Of a stretch of 64,000 nucleotides of DNA, positions 1-14,705 are shown piece by piece. The notes under the pieces are model-generated. The model saw only the letters and a program-made list of their open reading frames with translations, ran no database searches and was not told the origin of the DNA. The position numbers and the translations under genes are program-made. This stretch comes from the human T2T-CHM13v2.0 reference genome, Homo sapiens. Location: NCBI RefSeq assembly GCF_009914755.1, contig NC_060933.1; one strand, given 5' to 3'. Each line of letters starts with the position of its first letter. Position 1 is the stretch's first letter.

Positions 1-715
1 TATTAAAGGAAATAACTAAGATAGCTTCTCAACTGGAAAACAAAGTGTGTGGAGCATTTTCAGTGTTTTTCATTTTAGCTCTTTATTTTCATCTCAGTTC
101 CTGCCCATCCTTTTGTACATGGGCTAGCACAGTACCTACTAGTCTCCCTGTCTCCAGTCCTACTGCCCTCCAGCCCATCCTCCATATCCCTTGTCTGTTT
201 CTATAACATCACCGTGCTACCATGATTGCTTTGCTTGAAAACCACAGTAGCTTTCCAATGCTCGATACATGCATACTTCACATATACACTCCTTAACCTG
301 ACATTTAAGGCCTGTTCCTGTCTGCATTACTTCTTTGTTGTTGTGAAGATTTTATTATTCTTTTTTCTATTTTAAAAATGCCAAGCTCACTATGGAAAGT
401 TTGGAAAATATATGGAATAAAAGGATGAAGGATAAAAGTTAACCTCATTTTTATTACCTAAAGAAAAAATCACTATAAATGTTTTACAATATTCTCTCTC
501 TTTTTGTTTGTTTGGGGGCTTTTTAAAAGAAATATTTCTGTGATGGGTCAATATGCATAATTTGGTCTGCTTTTTAAAAAATTTACCATGAATACATGAA
601 CATTTTCATGTAGTATAAGCTCTAATTATTAATAGCATTTTAACAATTGAAGTTACCAAATGGATATAAAATAAATAATGTCCTTAGCATTCCCTTATGC
701 ATTCCCTATGCACTC

Positions 716-967
716 CACCCAGGCTGGAGTGCAGTAAATGATGCTATCATGGCTCACTGCAGCCTCGACATCCCATGCTCGAGTGATCTTCCTGCTTCTG
801 CCTCCCGAGTAGCTGGGAGGCATTTGCCACCATGCTCGGATAATTTTTGTATTTTTTGTAGAGATGGTGTTTCACCATGTTGCCCAGCCTGGTCTTGAAC
901 TCCTGAACTCAAGCTATCCTGCCTCCCAAAGTGCTGGGATTATAGGCAGGAGCCACCATGCCCAGCC
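716..967 (-). mobile_element. Alu (old, AluJ-like), lacking tail
   Basis: Antisense Alu consensus blocks: cccaggctggagtgcagt ... cctcccaaagtgctgggatta. Confidence 0.9.
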
Positions 968-3900
968 AACTATTAATTTTCATATAATTTCTTCCTTTCT
1001 TCCTTCCTTCCACAAATATTTATTGGTACTGAGGATATATTGGTAAACAAGACAGATTAATATACTTGCCCCAATTGAGCTTATATTCTACTTGAGGAAA
1101 CAGACAGTAAACAGGTGAACAAATATACCATAACATTCTATTTAATAATGTAATTAAATGTAATAGGGTGATAAGTGGTATGCAGAAAAATAAAGCAAGT
1201 CAAGGGGAGAGAAAATGGAGAGGGTACTATTTTAGATAGATTTTTATTTAAACTAACATTTTAATGAAAATCTTCATTGATTGAACCTTTTTGGTCTTTA
1301 GGATTATTTCCTAAGGATCAATTCTTAGAAATGGAATTATTAGATCTGAGTTTGAACATTTTCAGTGTTCTTATTTATATATCACTAAATTGTTCTTTCC
1401 TGTGTTTCTTCCAAAATGAAATGCTTCATGGAATTATGTTTCTACTGCTTAGAATTCCTTCTTTTCCTAAGTCTAACCACTTACTTCCCTGGCTCCCACA
1501 ACAAACTGTCTCTCTAAGCTGGTTACCAGTAATGAGTCATCATCTGTGAGGGTATCTGGAATGGAGCCCGGAATGGAACCAGTGCTTGTACTTGTTGGAT
1601 CTAGTGAGATCTTGCTCATCGTTCCGGATCTGGTCTAAATGCTCGCTTTTCAGAAAATCCACCTTAATCACCCTGCTGGACTAGCCCTTCCTTCCCTTGA
1701 ACACTTATACTATGTTTACGCAACTATTCAGACTGAAAGTCATGTAGGCTCCTTTTTCTTGTAGTTTTTCATGAACATTTCTTCTCTCCCTTAGTAAGCC
1801 ACAGTGTCATTGAAAGCAACAGCCAAGACTTACACATTTGCATTCCCCACAATTCTAGCAAATGACTTACATGTTAGAGGCTACCAAAAATAATTTATTG
1901 ACTGGCCAGATGAATGAATAATTCCACTTAATACTTTGTAACAGCTCAAATCAGGGTTAGAGAGGTAGCATCAGACGACAAAAAACATTTTAAAATTATT
2001 TGTCTAATTTGAGCATTTTAATAAAAAGCATTATGTAACAAAGATAGTAAAACATGTCTGATAGAAAGAAATATTTTCTAACATAATTGCTATCCTTATT
2101 TCTGCTGATACTTTCCCATTCTTGTCAACATGCATGCTTATTTTTTAAATAACTGCATTCATAATGTATACACCTAAATGATTTATTTTTCTTCCATGAA
2201 GAGAAAGTGTATTAACAGCCTAAAGTGAGCAGGGCCAGAATGAGAGAGTGGCAGAGCTTGGAGCAGAGTCTCTTCTCCCGTAGAGATTGCTGTTAGTAAT
2301 GTTGTGATGCTGATGGAACACAGGCCTGGACTGATGTGCCACTGCACACTGGCCTGAGGCATAGCCATTTAGAGTGTGGTGAACCCTGGGGGAGTGAAAC
2401 TGAGGGGAAATGCTTAATGGGCATTTTCTACAGGATGCTTTCTAAAAAATAAATAACGTATAAGACCAAGTTCTCTCCTGTGCCTTCAAGTGAATGCAAA
2501 TACTGAGCTTTGGTTCCATCTATTCTTGTAGTGCCTCCCAGCAAGCCCTCTGCACTGAGAAGGCAAGGGGCTCTGCTCTAGGCAAACATGCTCAGTCAGA
2601 TATATGATTCCCTTGCTCACTCTGACTTCCCATGCTCATGTTTGCTTCATAATTGGACAAGACGAAGCATGCACCAATGCAAAACATTTAAGAATAAATT
2701 TGTGTAGGTCCGTCTCCTCTTCCAGTAGAAGTGCTGTAGTTTGGACACAGCCAGAATGTCCGGTGAGCTATTCCGTTTGTTCTCTGAGGTGTTTTGAAGT
2801 TTGTTAAAAACCACCCCTGGGCAAAAGTGATGTGAGCCAAACTTCTCTTTGCTTTTCTAGATATATTTCTTTTTGATCCTCCTTTCATACGTCGCTATTT
2901 CCCAAAGAAATGCACTTGTGTCATCTATTCCCATCTACCCTGGGCCTTGCTCCTGGGCACCAGGAGCTTGCTTACATATAGTGGAATTGAGTGGAGTGGC
3001 TGAAGCAGGGATACAGGGAGGGACAAGGAGGGTTGGAGCAGGCAGGTGCATATCTAAGGGGGCAGCTATCACTCAGCTTTAACCTAGAGCTGCCTTCTGA
3101 GAACATGGGCCCAGTACTGTTGGTATCCCAATTTTTCATAAGAAGTCAGAAACCTAGATTTTTATGAGCAGGTAATTACTGTGTGGTCTCAATAAATAAT
3201 GTCTATGGGCCAGATAATGTCCATAAATTTGACATTTTCAGTATCTAGTCTAGACATTACCCATGCACCTACTCATCAGAGTGTACCTCTTCAATGTGCT
3301 CTCACCTCGGGACCTTGTCTTTCTTTTCAAGCAACACATGACTCCTGCAAAAATGCTAACTGTTCTTCTTTTTGGTGCATTTGTCTTCGTTCCGTTCCTT
3401 CCCTGTCTTCCCTTACCACCTCCCCATCCAGTTCATCATCAAATCCTGTTGATTTTAATCCCCAAATACATCTTGAATCTCATCTTCATCCTCTAGAAAA
3501 CAATAGTTTAACCCTCCTAAAAATTATTGAAATTAAGACATTTCAGGACTAAAACCTGAGTTGTTTTGATCAGACCTAGATTTCTTGCTCCCTTGACTCT
3601 CCCTTAATGTTGAAATGTAGATCACATACTTAACCTGCCATATGAATGACACCATTTTGACTAGAAGAATCTCATAGAGTGCATACCTATACAACAGCCT
3701 ACTGACTCTGTGTTTTCTGACTGTGGGATATCACAATTGAGAAGAATTAAGATTATTTGGAAGAAAGTATTAAGAAAATTATCTGGGGAAGGTATTTTCT
3801 AATTACTGGAGTACTTAATTGAAAGTGAATTCTGACAAATGATAATTTTCAGGCTGGAATTCTTTAAAATCTTAATAACAAAACCCAAATATAAATGACA

Positions 3901-4788
3901 TTTTTGCTACTTGAAATATGTTGTTAATAAATGCTTGATCTTTTGAAAGTCTGTTACCCCCTTCCCAACAAAAACAAAAGATAACTTTTTGTTCTCTCCT
4001 CTTTGCTTAGTGAAGGAAATCATACCTCAGTCCAGGAAGTTGCTTAAGCAGAAAAACCTAGAAATCCTTCCCAATGCATTTTTTTTTTCCTAAACTTCCT
4101 TCTCTATCTCCCTCACTCACTCCTCCCATTCAATACATCATCAGGTCCTATTGCTTTTACCTTTCAAGTAGATCTTGAGTCTTGTTTTCATTGCTCTCAC
4201 CTTGTGCCAAGTTACTATCATCTTCATTTTGACCAGTGCAATCATCTCCTAAAATGGGCTTTGCAGTTCCTTTCATGCGCTCCTCCACCTATTCTCAGCA
4301 GTCAGAATGATCTTTTAAAAACATAAAACTTAAAACCTTTAATAGTTTCCTATTGCACTCAGCATAAAATCCAAAACTTCCTGTAGCTCCACTGAGCTTC
4401 TGTAATCTGCCCCCTGCCCATCCTTCCAGACTCATCTCACACATTCCCTGTCTTTTACGGTGCCCCAACCTGCTCTAACCCTTTAGACAAGATATTTCTG
4501 TTTCAGAACTCTTCCTCTGCCCAGTCCTCTTCCCTGTAAGCTCTCTGATAGACCTTGTTTGTTCTCACTGGATCTTCATTGAATATCTAAAATATTAGGT
4601 CTTCAAAGAATGAAGCACAATAGTCTGCTTCATAGTCTGGTATTTTTCTCAGTGATCCTACATCTTAAAATGAGTTGGATAATGCCTTGGAGGATGTCTA
4701 GAACATAACGTATAATATCACAGAAATAAATTAGACCTTAAGGATGTTTAAAAAGAGAAATCTACTTTTTTGGTATCATCCTAATTAA

Positions 4789-5100
<312 letters not shown>

Positions 5101-7047
5101 TAAGGAAAATGTAGATATTTCCACAGTTTTAGGCAAGATTTTAAACCTTAGATAATTTTGAAAAACTGTAAGTGGCGAAGAATCAAGACCACCACCACCC
5201 CCATTCCCCAGTGTAAATCTTCTCTAGAGAGGACATAAACATGCCATGGGGAGAGACGCAGTTTACACTTAAGTGACTCTCCAGTAAATGGCATGTATTC
5301 CTGGTTTCCCTGATTTAGATGACTGACCTAAGCTTCTACCAGCAAGAAACCAATTTATTTGTTGCCAAAAGGAAATTTAATATAACTCTTTGGTGAAAGC
5401 TTTGAGGAATTCACCAGGCCCTTTCTTGGTAACATACTACAATGTTTGAATCCCAAGGATTTCTTTGCTTCCTTATTATCCATTAAACACAAGAATTAAA
5501 TTCATGCTTTCAGGGTTTCTGATTTTGGGGTTTTTAAAAAAATGTTTATTTATAATAATTTCTGACCCTGAAGTTAGTTGTCATCTTCTAACAAAAATAC
5601 ATTTAGTTTTAGTCAGATAGACTGGTATTTGGACTGAGGATTGGAAACAAATAAATTAACAAACAAGTGTACCTCTTTAGAACATAAATATATCGTATTA
5701 GCATTACCTCTAAAATACAATTTTGTATAAATGTTCATATTATTGTTAATAGATTGACATTTGAAGAGCATTTCTTTATAGCATGCAAAAGCAGTAGTTT
5801 ACCAACCAGTTTTTGTAGTGAAACTTAAGGAAAAACTGACGCTTGTCAAAAATTTCAGTGTTCGCTAGGGGTCACATGAAACCACTTTTAAAAGTAGTTT
5901 CTAAATAAATACTTGTACTGTAGATAAAGTTCAAGATACTAAAGATCCCTTTCAAGTTCCAATGAGGGTCTCATATCAGTGTATGAAGTCATTGTTATTT
6001 GAGGGAATAGGGCCTGGGTGTAAGATGATTTCCAGCTCCTCTTTTGGCATTATTTTCTGTAGAAACTCAAGAGCAAACTTTGATTCATAACTAAGGTTTC
6101 ATTCAAGGTTTATTGTCATTTCTCTTATGAAATGGTATATCTTGATTTCTTTTTACGCAGTTAGAAATGGAATATAATTGATTTGGATTACCAGCTTACA
6201 TAGACATATATTATATAAAACATTACTAACTGGGTTACTCACTTCCATATGAAATATGGAGGAATAATATGATATGCCGGGTTAGCCACAGAAGACAAAA
6301 TTAAAAGAAGAATCGTTTCAAGTAGGATTTTATGACGAATGCCTTTTCCCTGAACATTAGTGAAAGGATTAGGTTCATGCCGAACACCGGATGATGATGC
6401 CACGCCTGGTTTTCCTGTTCTCACAACCACTCTCTGACTTAGAATTTGAATGTTTGTGGATGAGTTTAAGCATTTTCTTGCTGCCACTCTTTTTTAAAAA
6501 ACAATTCTATAGTATATGCACCATTAGAGAATAAAACAGATTAATATCATCTATTTCAAAAACAATAGAATCTGGAGTTTTCATTAGCTGTAGTACTTCA
6601 CACTTTGTGTGTAGTGTAGAGTGTGCTCAATACACACTTGTGGAATAAGTGATAAAAAGGTTTCCTTCTGGCTGTTCTGAACTAGGGAGTTTTAACTTCT
6701 AAAATAGGCTAGGAACCCACTTACCAGTGTGTTTTTTTTAAAAAAAACAGTTAATTATTAAATTTATTTCACTTGTTTTCTATGGAAAAATAGCTTTATT
6801 ATGTTTTGAATTTTTTTTTTAGCAATTGCTGAGAAAAAGGTACAGAGGTAGAAATAATATAGATATAGCTCTGTTACCCTGTCTAAAAAGCAAACTTTCT
6901 GACCTTGTTTCTTCCAGGTCAGCCTTTCAAACACAGAATTTCAGAAATAAGTTATGCTTATAAATTAATGGCCTTTTGTTTAAGTTTTTAAAAAGTGAAA
7001 GCAAAGAATTTCTGTTCTAGGCCTGACAGGTCAACTGCTTTTGCTTT

Positions 7048-7376
<329 letters not shown>

Positions 7377-8342
7377 TAAATCATACTGAAATACAATTAA
7401 ATTTAGAATCTAGAAATTGTTCATAGAGAAAACCAACTTTAAAAATATTGAAGCCCCCTGAAAACAGGCAACTGGAATAACACTATTTTTACTAGATTTA
7501 GAATATATGAAACTCTGATCTATTATTTACTGCAACTGCTTATAATAATAATAGGGAAACTTCAGAAGAAGTGTAAGGCAATATCTTTAGTGCTGTGAGG
7601 GCAGGCTAGAATTCCTTAAACAGGACATAAAATGTGTAAGGAACAAAAGAGAAGACTGATAGATTCAGTGGTAGAACTTTTGTTTATCAAAGTACTTAAT
7701 AAAGACTGAAAACATCAACATGATACAACTATTCAGTAAAGATGGGATCAGATATAATTATCAATAGATATTAAATCTAGAGGAAAATTTAGATGAAGAA
7801 CATGGTCTTAAAGTGTCTCTCCATAGACCATTTAAAGTTACAAGAGATTTAAAAAAAAAGTAATAGTAGAGTGGAGAAATGGGACAAAAACTTGACCAAG
7901 TGATTGGAATCAACATCACCAAGGAGGAGCAGACGGACATTGGGTGTAGTATTTCATCCAAGAACATAACCTGAGTCTAATCACAAGACAACACCAGCCA
8001 AATCCCAAATGAGGAATGTTCTATTGAAGACAAAAGCGGGGAAGGAGCATTGTTCTTTAAAAACGTCCAAGAAAGGCCAGGGAAATGTTCTAGATTAAAA
8101 GAAGCTAAAGAGATAGGACAAGTAATTGCAATACTTTACCCTAGACTGGATTCTGTACTGTGGGGAAAACCATACCATAAAAGATATTATTGGGTTAAAT
8201 TTACTGAAATAAATTGTAATTGATAATTGTACTATGGTTATGTGAGAGAATCTCTTTAGACTTAGGAAATATACACTGACTGACTTAGGGGTAAAGGACC
8301 ATGATGAGTATAACTTAGCCTCAGATGTTCAGAAAAAAAAAA

Positions 8343-8404
8343 TGTGTGTTTGCATGTATATGTGTGTGTGTGTGTATATAAACACACATACACACACACA
8401 CACA
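8343..8404. repeat. (TG)n...(CA)n compound microsatellite
   Basis: A TG run followed directly by a CA run. Confidence 0.9.
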
Positions 8405-9302
8405 GCATGAGTGCCCACAAAGATAAAACAAATGGGGAAAAATAATAATAGGGGAAGGGCATATACAAATATTCTTTATGCTATTTTTATTGTTGCAGCT
8501 TTTTTCACATTTGAAATTATTTTCAAATAAAATATTTTCTAAACTGTAGAAACAGTCCACGCACTGCAAGAAGATATTTACAAGTGTATAAGCAACAGAG
8601 GATTAAAATCCAAAATATATAAGGAACTCCTATAAATTAATAAGAAAAGACAAAGAACCGATTTCAAAAATAGGCAAAAGAGTCAAACAAGGATTTCATG
8701 GAAGAAAAAATAGAAATGGTCAATTGTATGAAAAGATCCCCATTCTTATTAGGAATCAGGAAAATATGATTAAAAATTGCAGTATTTTTATATTTCAAAC
8801 TTATATTTCCTAGATTGGCACATTCTGCTACCAAGAATGTGTAGCAGTAGGAGCCCTTATAATATTGGTGGTAGGGATGTAAATTGATATAGCCACTTTG
8901 GAAAACTTCTGACATTATTTTATAAATTTGAACATGCATATACCATTCAACCCACAATTTCTAGAAGACCTCTTGTCTGTATTTCAGGAAACACTGGTAA
9001 GAACATTCATAGTAACATTGTTTGAAATGGCAAAAAATTTGAAACAAACCATTTGTCCACGGACTGGAGAAATGGATAAATATGCTGTGTTATAATCCCA
9101 CAATGGAGCACTATTCAGCAATGGAAAAAGAATGATCTACAAGTATCAATTCATGTTGAGTGAAAAATGCAAATTGGAGAATACACGTAACATAACATTT
9201 TTAGGAAGTTTAAAACCAAGCAAGCTAAACAGCATATTGTCAGGGGAGACATATATGTGGTTAAACATAAAGGAAAGAAAGGCAATGATAAAATTAAAAA
9301 AG

Positions 9303-9575
9303 GGCCGGGTGTGGTGGCTCACGCCTGTAATCCCAGCACTTTGGGAGGCCAGGAGTTTGAGACCAGCCTGACCAACATGGAGAAACCCCGTCTCTACTAA
9401 AAATACAAAAAGTAGCCGAGTGTGATGGTGCATGCATGTAATCCCACCTATTCGGGAGGCTGAGGCAGGAGAATTGCTTGAATCCAGGAGGTGGAAGTTG
9501 TGGGGTGAGCCAAGATCGTGCCATTGCACTCCAGCCTGGGCAACAAGAGCAAAACTCCGTCTCAAAAAAAAAAAA
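9303..9575 (+). mobile_element. AluS with an internal left-arm deletion
   Basis: ggccgggtgtggtggctcacgcc start; gggaggcc is joined directly to aggagttt, about 24 bp missing; poly-A tail. Confidence 0.93.
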
Positions 9576-10100
9576 GAAGAAAAAGAATCCAATGAGATGG
9601 GATCAAGAAGGAACAATCAAGGAGTTTCAGTATTACTAACAGTCTTTCTTAATTTTAGTGGCAGGTTTACAGAGATTAATTTAATTATTATGCATTACAA
9701 ACCTGCATATATAAGGCAAGGAAGTCTCATGTCAGTTATTAAATCTAAGTAACAGAATTTAAAAAGACTGTTTCCATTCGTTTAATAAACATTTATTGAA
9801 TAATGCTGATTATGTGCCAAATACTGTGCTAGGGATGAAAGAGACATCAGTGAACTTAACCAGACAGACCCATGTCCTACCTGATAGAAATGTGTACACA
9901 TACTCACCAAAAGATATGTATAGGAATATCCTTAGTAACAGTATTCGTAATAGCCAAAACTAGAAACAATGCAAACGTCCATCAAGAGGAAAATAGGTAA
10001 ACCAGTATGGTATATTTATGTATATTTGGAATGTTATTTAACAATGAGAATGAATGAACTATAACTATATGTAACTACATAATGCTAAGTAAAAGAAGTG

Positions 10101-10158
10101 CTTGATTTCATTTATAAAAAATGGAAAAACTTGATTTCATTTATAAAAAATAGAAAAA
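10101..10158. repeat. 29-bp tandem duplication
   Basis: cttgatttcatttataaaaaat(g/a)gaaaaa twice, one mismatch. Confidence 0.95.
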
Positions 10159-10369
10159 CAAGAGAAATTAACCTTGGGGGTTAGAAATCAGATTAATAGT
10201 TATTTTTGGGGGAATGGTGATTGGAAGGAGGAAGAACTATTTCTTGATCTAAGTGTTAGTTCCATGGGTATGTTCACTTTATGAAAATTCATTAAACTCT
10301 ATACCTATGATGTGTGGCCCTTTTTTGTATATTTTTATTTTATTTGACTAAAAAGTTTACTTTCATAAC

Positions 10370-11000
10370 AAAAACAAGCCTGCCTTCATGGAACTTACAT
10401 TTTTGTGGGAGTATACATATAAGTAAACAAGACAGTCAGTTACAAAGTGATAGTTGCTCTTGACAAATGAAGGAGGGAAGTGGTTAGAGGATGCAATTTT
10501 TAATAGGGTGGTAAAGAAAGCCCCTCCTGAGGAAGTATCTTTTGGTTAGTTTGAAGGAGATGAAGGACAAGTCATGTGGATAATCAGTGAGGAACATTCT
10601 AGCAGAGGGAACAGCAAGTACGGAGGCCCTGAGGTAGAAGTGCCCTGAGCAAGGGAGCAAGTAGTAGGAGATGAAGTTAAAGATGCTGGGGACCAAATAA
10701 ATGGTTCATGGGCCTTCTAGGCCATGGTGATGACTTGGGCTTTCACTGTGAGATGGGGAACTGAGGAGTGACATGGATCTGACTTAAGTTTTATAGGATC
10801 ACCATGGCAGCTGTACTGACATTAGACCCTGGGAGGCAAGGGAAAGCAGAGCTATCAGTTGGGGTACACTTGAGTGTTCACTTAATTGAGTATTTGTGAT
10901 AGAAATGATGAGATGTGACTGGGTTCTGGATAAATTGTGAAGGTACAGGGTTTCCTGATAGGTTGGATGTAGAATGTGTGAGAAAGAGATTTGCTAAACC
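10370..11000 (-). mobile_element. L2 fragment
   Basis: Degenerate L2-like text (agcagagggaacagcaagt...ggccctgag; ggatgtagaatgtgtgagaaagag). Confidence 0.6.
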
Positions 11001-12463
11001 AGAATTTGAAATTTCTGATTTCTTGACTTGCTTTGATTAAGTAAGCAAAAGGGAGTTCCTCTTTTACCTAACACCCTGAAAATTGACAAAAGAAGAAACT
11101 ATTTCACATGTCATATGCATTGAGAATCATACTTAAATTGTCACATACTCTTAATTAGTAGAGCAGATATTAATTTACTTTTTGGAATAGAGCTAATTTA
11201 CATTGATTATTCAAGTTACTAAGCTGTAAAAAACTTCATCGTTCTCCTAATTCCAATTTTGAATTTGAGTAACTGGCTGTATTTTCTCTGCTAGGTGTTT
11301 TTAGAATGAAAAATGTTAACTTATTCTTCATTTCTACTGTAGTTGAAATGTACTGTAAAGAAAGGATTGATTTAAAAACAAAAATGAGAACCAGAAATGG
11401 TATTTATTCACTCAACCAACATATTTTAGAGCTCTTAAAGAGGCAAATAAGACCTGCTTTTATAATAGTCTAATATAAATAACATCACAATCTAACCCAT
11501 ACAGATGAGGAAACTGAAGTTCAGAGAAGTTAAGTGATTTGACAAGGGTCACAAGCCTTAGTGAGTAGGGGACTTGGGGATTTTTACACAGATATTCTTA
11601 ATAAAAGGGGAGAAACTGAAGTCTTACTTTTTTTCTTGCAAGAGGCAGTGTGATTCATTCATCCCCAGGGCCCAGGCTGCAGAGTGCTGGTTTGTGAGGC
11701 ACGGACCTTGGATAATATCACTAGGGCTGCATCATTTTCCCGCTAAGCTACTTTAGAGACTCTGGGCTAGTTAGTAGTCTGAGGTCTCTTTACTCATTAA
11801 ACTACTTATTCCAAAGCAGTGAATATTCAGTAAGCTAATTAAAATTTGTAAGTAAGATTTCCTTATTAAAAAAACTATTAAAATAAGAAGAAGCCCGTTA
11901 AAATAATAATTAGAGCAGGAAAAAAGAAGATGACTATCAAATTACAGTACTTTTTTTCAGCTATACATAAAGGCCTTTTCAGTTGCTTTGGCAGTAGACA
12001 GAAGGCAGAAGTAGATTCCTACTGCAAGTATGCAGTTGGTAAACCAGAAACAAGTTGAAGGAAAAGGCAGCTATTTTGTTAAAACGGTTCTTTCACATGT
12101 CTTAAAAGAAGACTACAGACCCTCTGTTCTAAAAGCTCTGATTGTGTATCCCAGTGGAGGTGGGACATCATTAAACAGTGCGCAGAGAATAAAAGAGCAG
12201 GTTGTAAAAAATGGGAGCTTTGAGGATGCTATAGCATGAAGTACAGATGAGGCATATCTGCAAGATTTAAAGAAAACAGGGAAGCTTCCGATTTTTTTGT
12301 TGCTGTTGTTCTCTACAAACAATCAGCACCATGATTGGTGTGGTGCTTAAAGCTTGCTCCAGTGATGTCAGGTATTATATTTATTTTAGAATTGACTATT
12401 TTGAGGAAATCTCTAACACTCAGTTGATACGATACCCAAACAAGGATAAAGAGACAATTTTCA

Positions 12464-12760
12464 GGCTGGGCACAGTGGCTCACACCTGTAATCCCAGTGC
12501 TTTGGGAGGCTGAGGCGGGTGGATCGCCTGAGCTCAGGAGTTCAAGACCACCTGGGCAACCTCGTCTCTACTAAAATACAAAAAATTAGCCGGGCGTGGT
12601 GGCACACGCCTGTAGTCCCAGCTACTCGGGAGGCTGAGGGATGAGAATCACTTGAGCCTAGAGGTGGAGGTTGCAGTGAGCCAAGATCATGCCATTGCAC
12701 TCCAGCTTGGGCTGCAGAGTGAGACTGTCTCAAAAAAAAAAAAAAAAAAAAAAAGAAAGG
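12464..12760 (+). mobile_element. Alu
   Basis: Full dimer with poly-A tail. Confidence 0.94.
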
Positions 12761-12989
12761 AGAGAGAATTTGCAGCTTAGATTTAGGGTTTTTGAGTTTC
12801 CCTATACCTGGAAGAAGTCATAATCAGAACTGTGGTTCCTCCATTTTTGTCCCCTTTGCCTTCTTTTACCTATTCCTTCTCTTCTTCTTTCCAATTGAGT
12901 ATTCTTATCAGTTTTTCTCATGCTAGTCTCAGCACTGTGTCTAACCTTTCCGCTGCCTTGCTTCCATGAGGCGTTTGAGGCTAATAGGC

Positions 12990-13450
12990 CAATATATAAG
13001 CCAGGGTCCCAGCAGAAAACAGATGTCACACTCAAACTGGAATAATTGGAGGACACTTTATAAGTGAGGTAAAATGACTTGCTCAAGGTCACTAAGCAAG
13101 TGACTATTTACAATAGTGTGGGCAGAGTGTAGGGAAACCACAAAGGATAATACTAGTGATTGGTTCTGTTACCCACTTGGCCTGAAGAGATGAGGGAAGG
13201 GTCAGTAGATCTCAAGACAGAGGAGGTGTGTGGAGAAGGCCAGTGACTGAGACCTGAAAAAAGGCAGCCTTATAGTGCAGGAGTCAGGGGAACAAATACT
13301 GTGACCTCACTCTTCTCCCTTCCCATCTGCCGCCAGTGCCTACTATTGGCCAGAAGCCTGAGGGCACCCAGGGCAGCCTCCTGGGGCCCATGACAGGGTA
13401 GAGAGTGGATAGGGAGGAGTGAACAGAAGATAGACAATGTAGTCCAAAGG
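12990..13450. mobile_element. Old LTR-like (MaLR/ERVL) remnant
   Basis: cagggtcccagcagaaaacagatgtcacactcaaa resembles ancient LTR ends; family not assignable by eye. Confidence 0.4.
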
Positions 13451-14189
13451 GTGAAGATACCTGGTCAGAACAGGCGCCTTGCTCAAGCCTCCTGGCTTCC
13501 CACTTCTGTTGATTCTGTGATGTTTGCATCCAGAAACCTTCTCCAGAGATGCTCTTGGGCTTTCCTTGTTTCTTCTCTTTTGATTTCTCTCCCAATTCTT
13601 CTGTCAGCTATGTGGAGAACACATTTTTCTAAAATAAGTGTGGGTTTTGAGAGTAGAAACTACAGTTTAAATAAGTTAATTTGATCTAGCCAAAGGTACT
13701 TACCAGGATTTTTGGCTATTTTCTTAATTTGCTCAATAGGTACTTAGTGCCTACTATATGTCAGGCACTATGCCTGGAACTGTGGCAAAGAAAGGTCAGT
13801 AAGATAGGGTTCTTCTCCCCAAGAAATACTGAATTTGTTGGGGGAAACAGACAGATGTGTTACTGACAGAATATAAAAGTTACCTGAAGAAGCACACAGG
13901 CACAAATGGATGCCATGTGTGGAATATAGTACAAAGAGGGGTTTACTTTCTATTGAGAGGATCAGGAAAGACCTTCTAGAGAAGATGATGTGTAGAACCT
14001 GGAGAAGGATGAATAAGACTTTGGGAGAAAGGATATTCTAAGCAGAGGAAACTCAGAAGCAAAAAACAGATATGTTAGGAGAACAGTTTAATAAGTCTGG
14101 AGCCTGTGTTATTATGTGGGGGGTGGGGGATTTTATTATAAGACTTAAGGCTACAGACTGTGAAGACTCAGACAAGCCTGAACTAAAAC

Positions 14190-14705
14190 CCCAACTCGTC
14201 CCCAGTTTATTAGCTCAGTGACCTTGGGCAAGTCATTTTACCTCACTGTGCCTCCTTTTCTCAAGTGTGTAGTTGGGATAAAAATAGCATGTACTGGCTG
14301 GGCATGGTGGCTCACACCTGTAATCCCAGCACTTTGGGAAGCTGAGGCGGGCGGATTGCTTGAGGTCAGGAGTTCAATACCAGCCTGGCCAACATGGTGA
14401 AACCCTCTCTCTACTAAAAATACAAAAAATTAGCTGGGCATGGTGGCGCATGCCGGTGGTTCTAGCTACTCAGGAGGCTGAGGCAGGAGAATTGCTTGAA
14501 TCCAGGAGGCGGAGTTTGCAGTGAGCCGAGATTATGCCAGTGCACTCCAGCCTGGGCAGAAGAGTGAGGCTCTGTCTCAAAAAGAAAAAAAAAAAATAGC
14601 ATGTACTTCCTAGGGTTGTGGGAGTTTCAGTAAGATAAAGCATGTGTAAAGCACCTAGCAGAGTGCCTATCACAGAGTAAGTGAAGATATAATAGTAATT
14701 ATTGT
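14190..14705 (+). mobile_element. MIR split by an Alu insertion
   Basis: MIR core gtgaccttgggcaagtca lies before the Alu; tcctagggttgtg...aaagcacctagcagagtgcc lies after it. Confidence 0.8.
14296..14592 (+). mobile_element. AluS with a 15-bp target-site duplication
   Basis: TSD AAAATAGCATGTACT at 14281-14295 and 14593-14607. Confidence 0.96.

Larger units (their letters stand above)
7550..10360 (+). mobile_element. Ancient L1M (L1MC/L1ME-type) 3' fragments, interrupted by an Alu and a microsatellite
   Basis: A-rich strand bias and degenerate L1 3' motifs such as aaattgatatagccactttggaaaa and gaatgaactataactatatgtaactaca. Confidence 0.7.

Noticed and set aside
6385-6445. C/D-box snoRNA-like ATGATGA...CTGA
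   Set aside because: The boxes are only about 40 nt apart, with no terminal stem or recognisable guide.
9146-9616. Alu-derived ORFs here and at 19986, 44996, 53582, 62815 and similar
   Set aside because: Typical Alu translation signatures ([24 protein letters not shown]).
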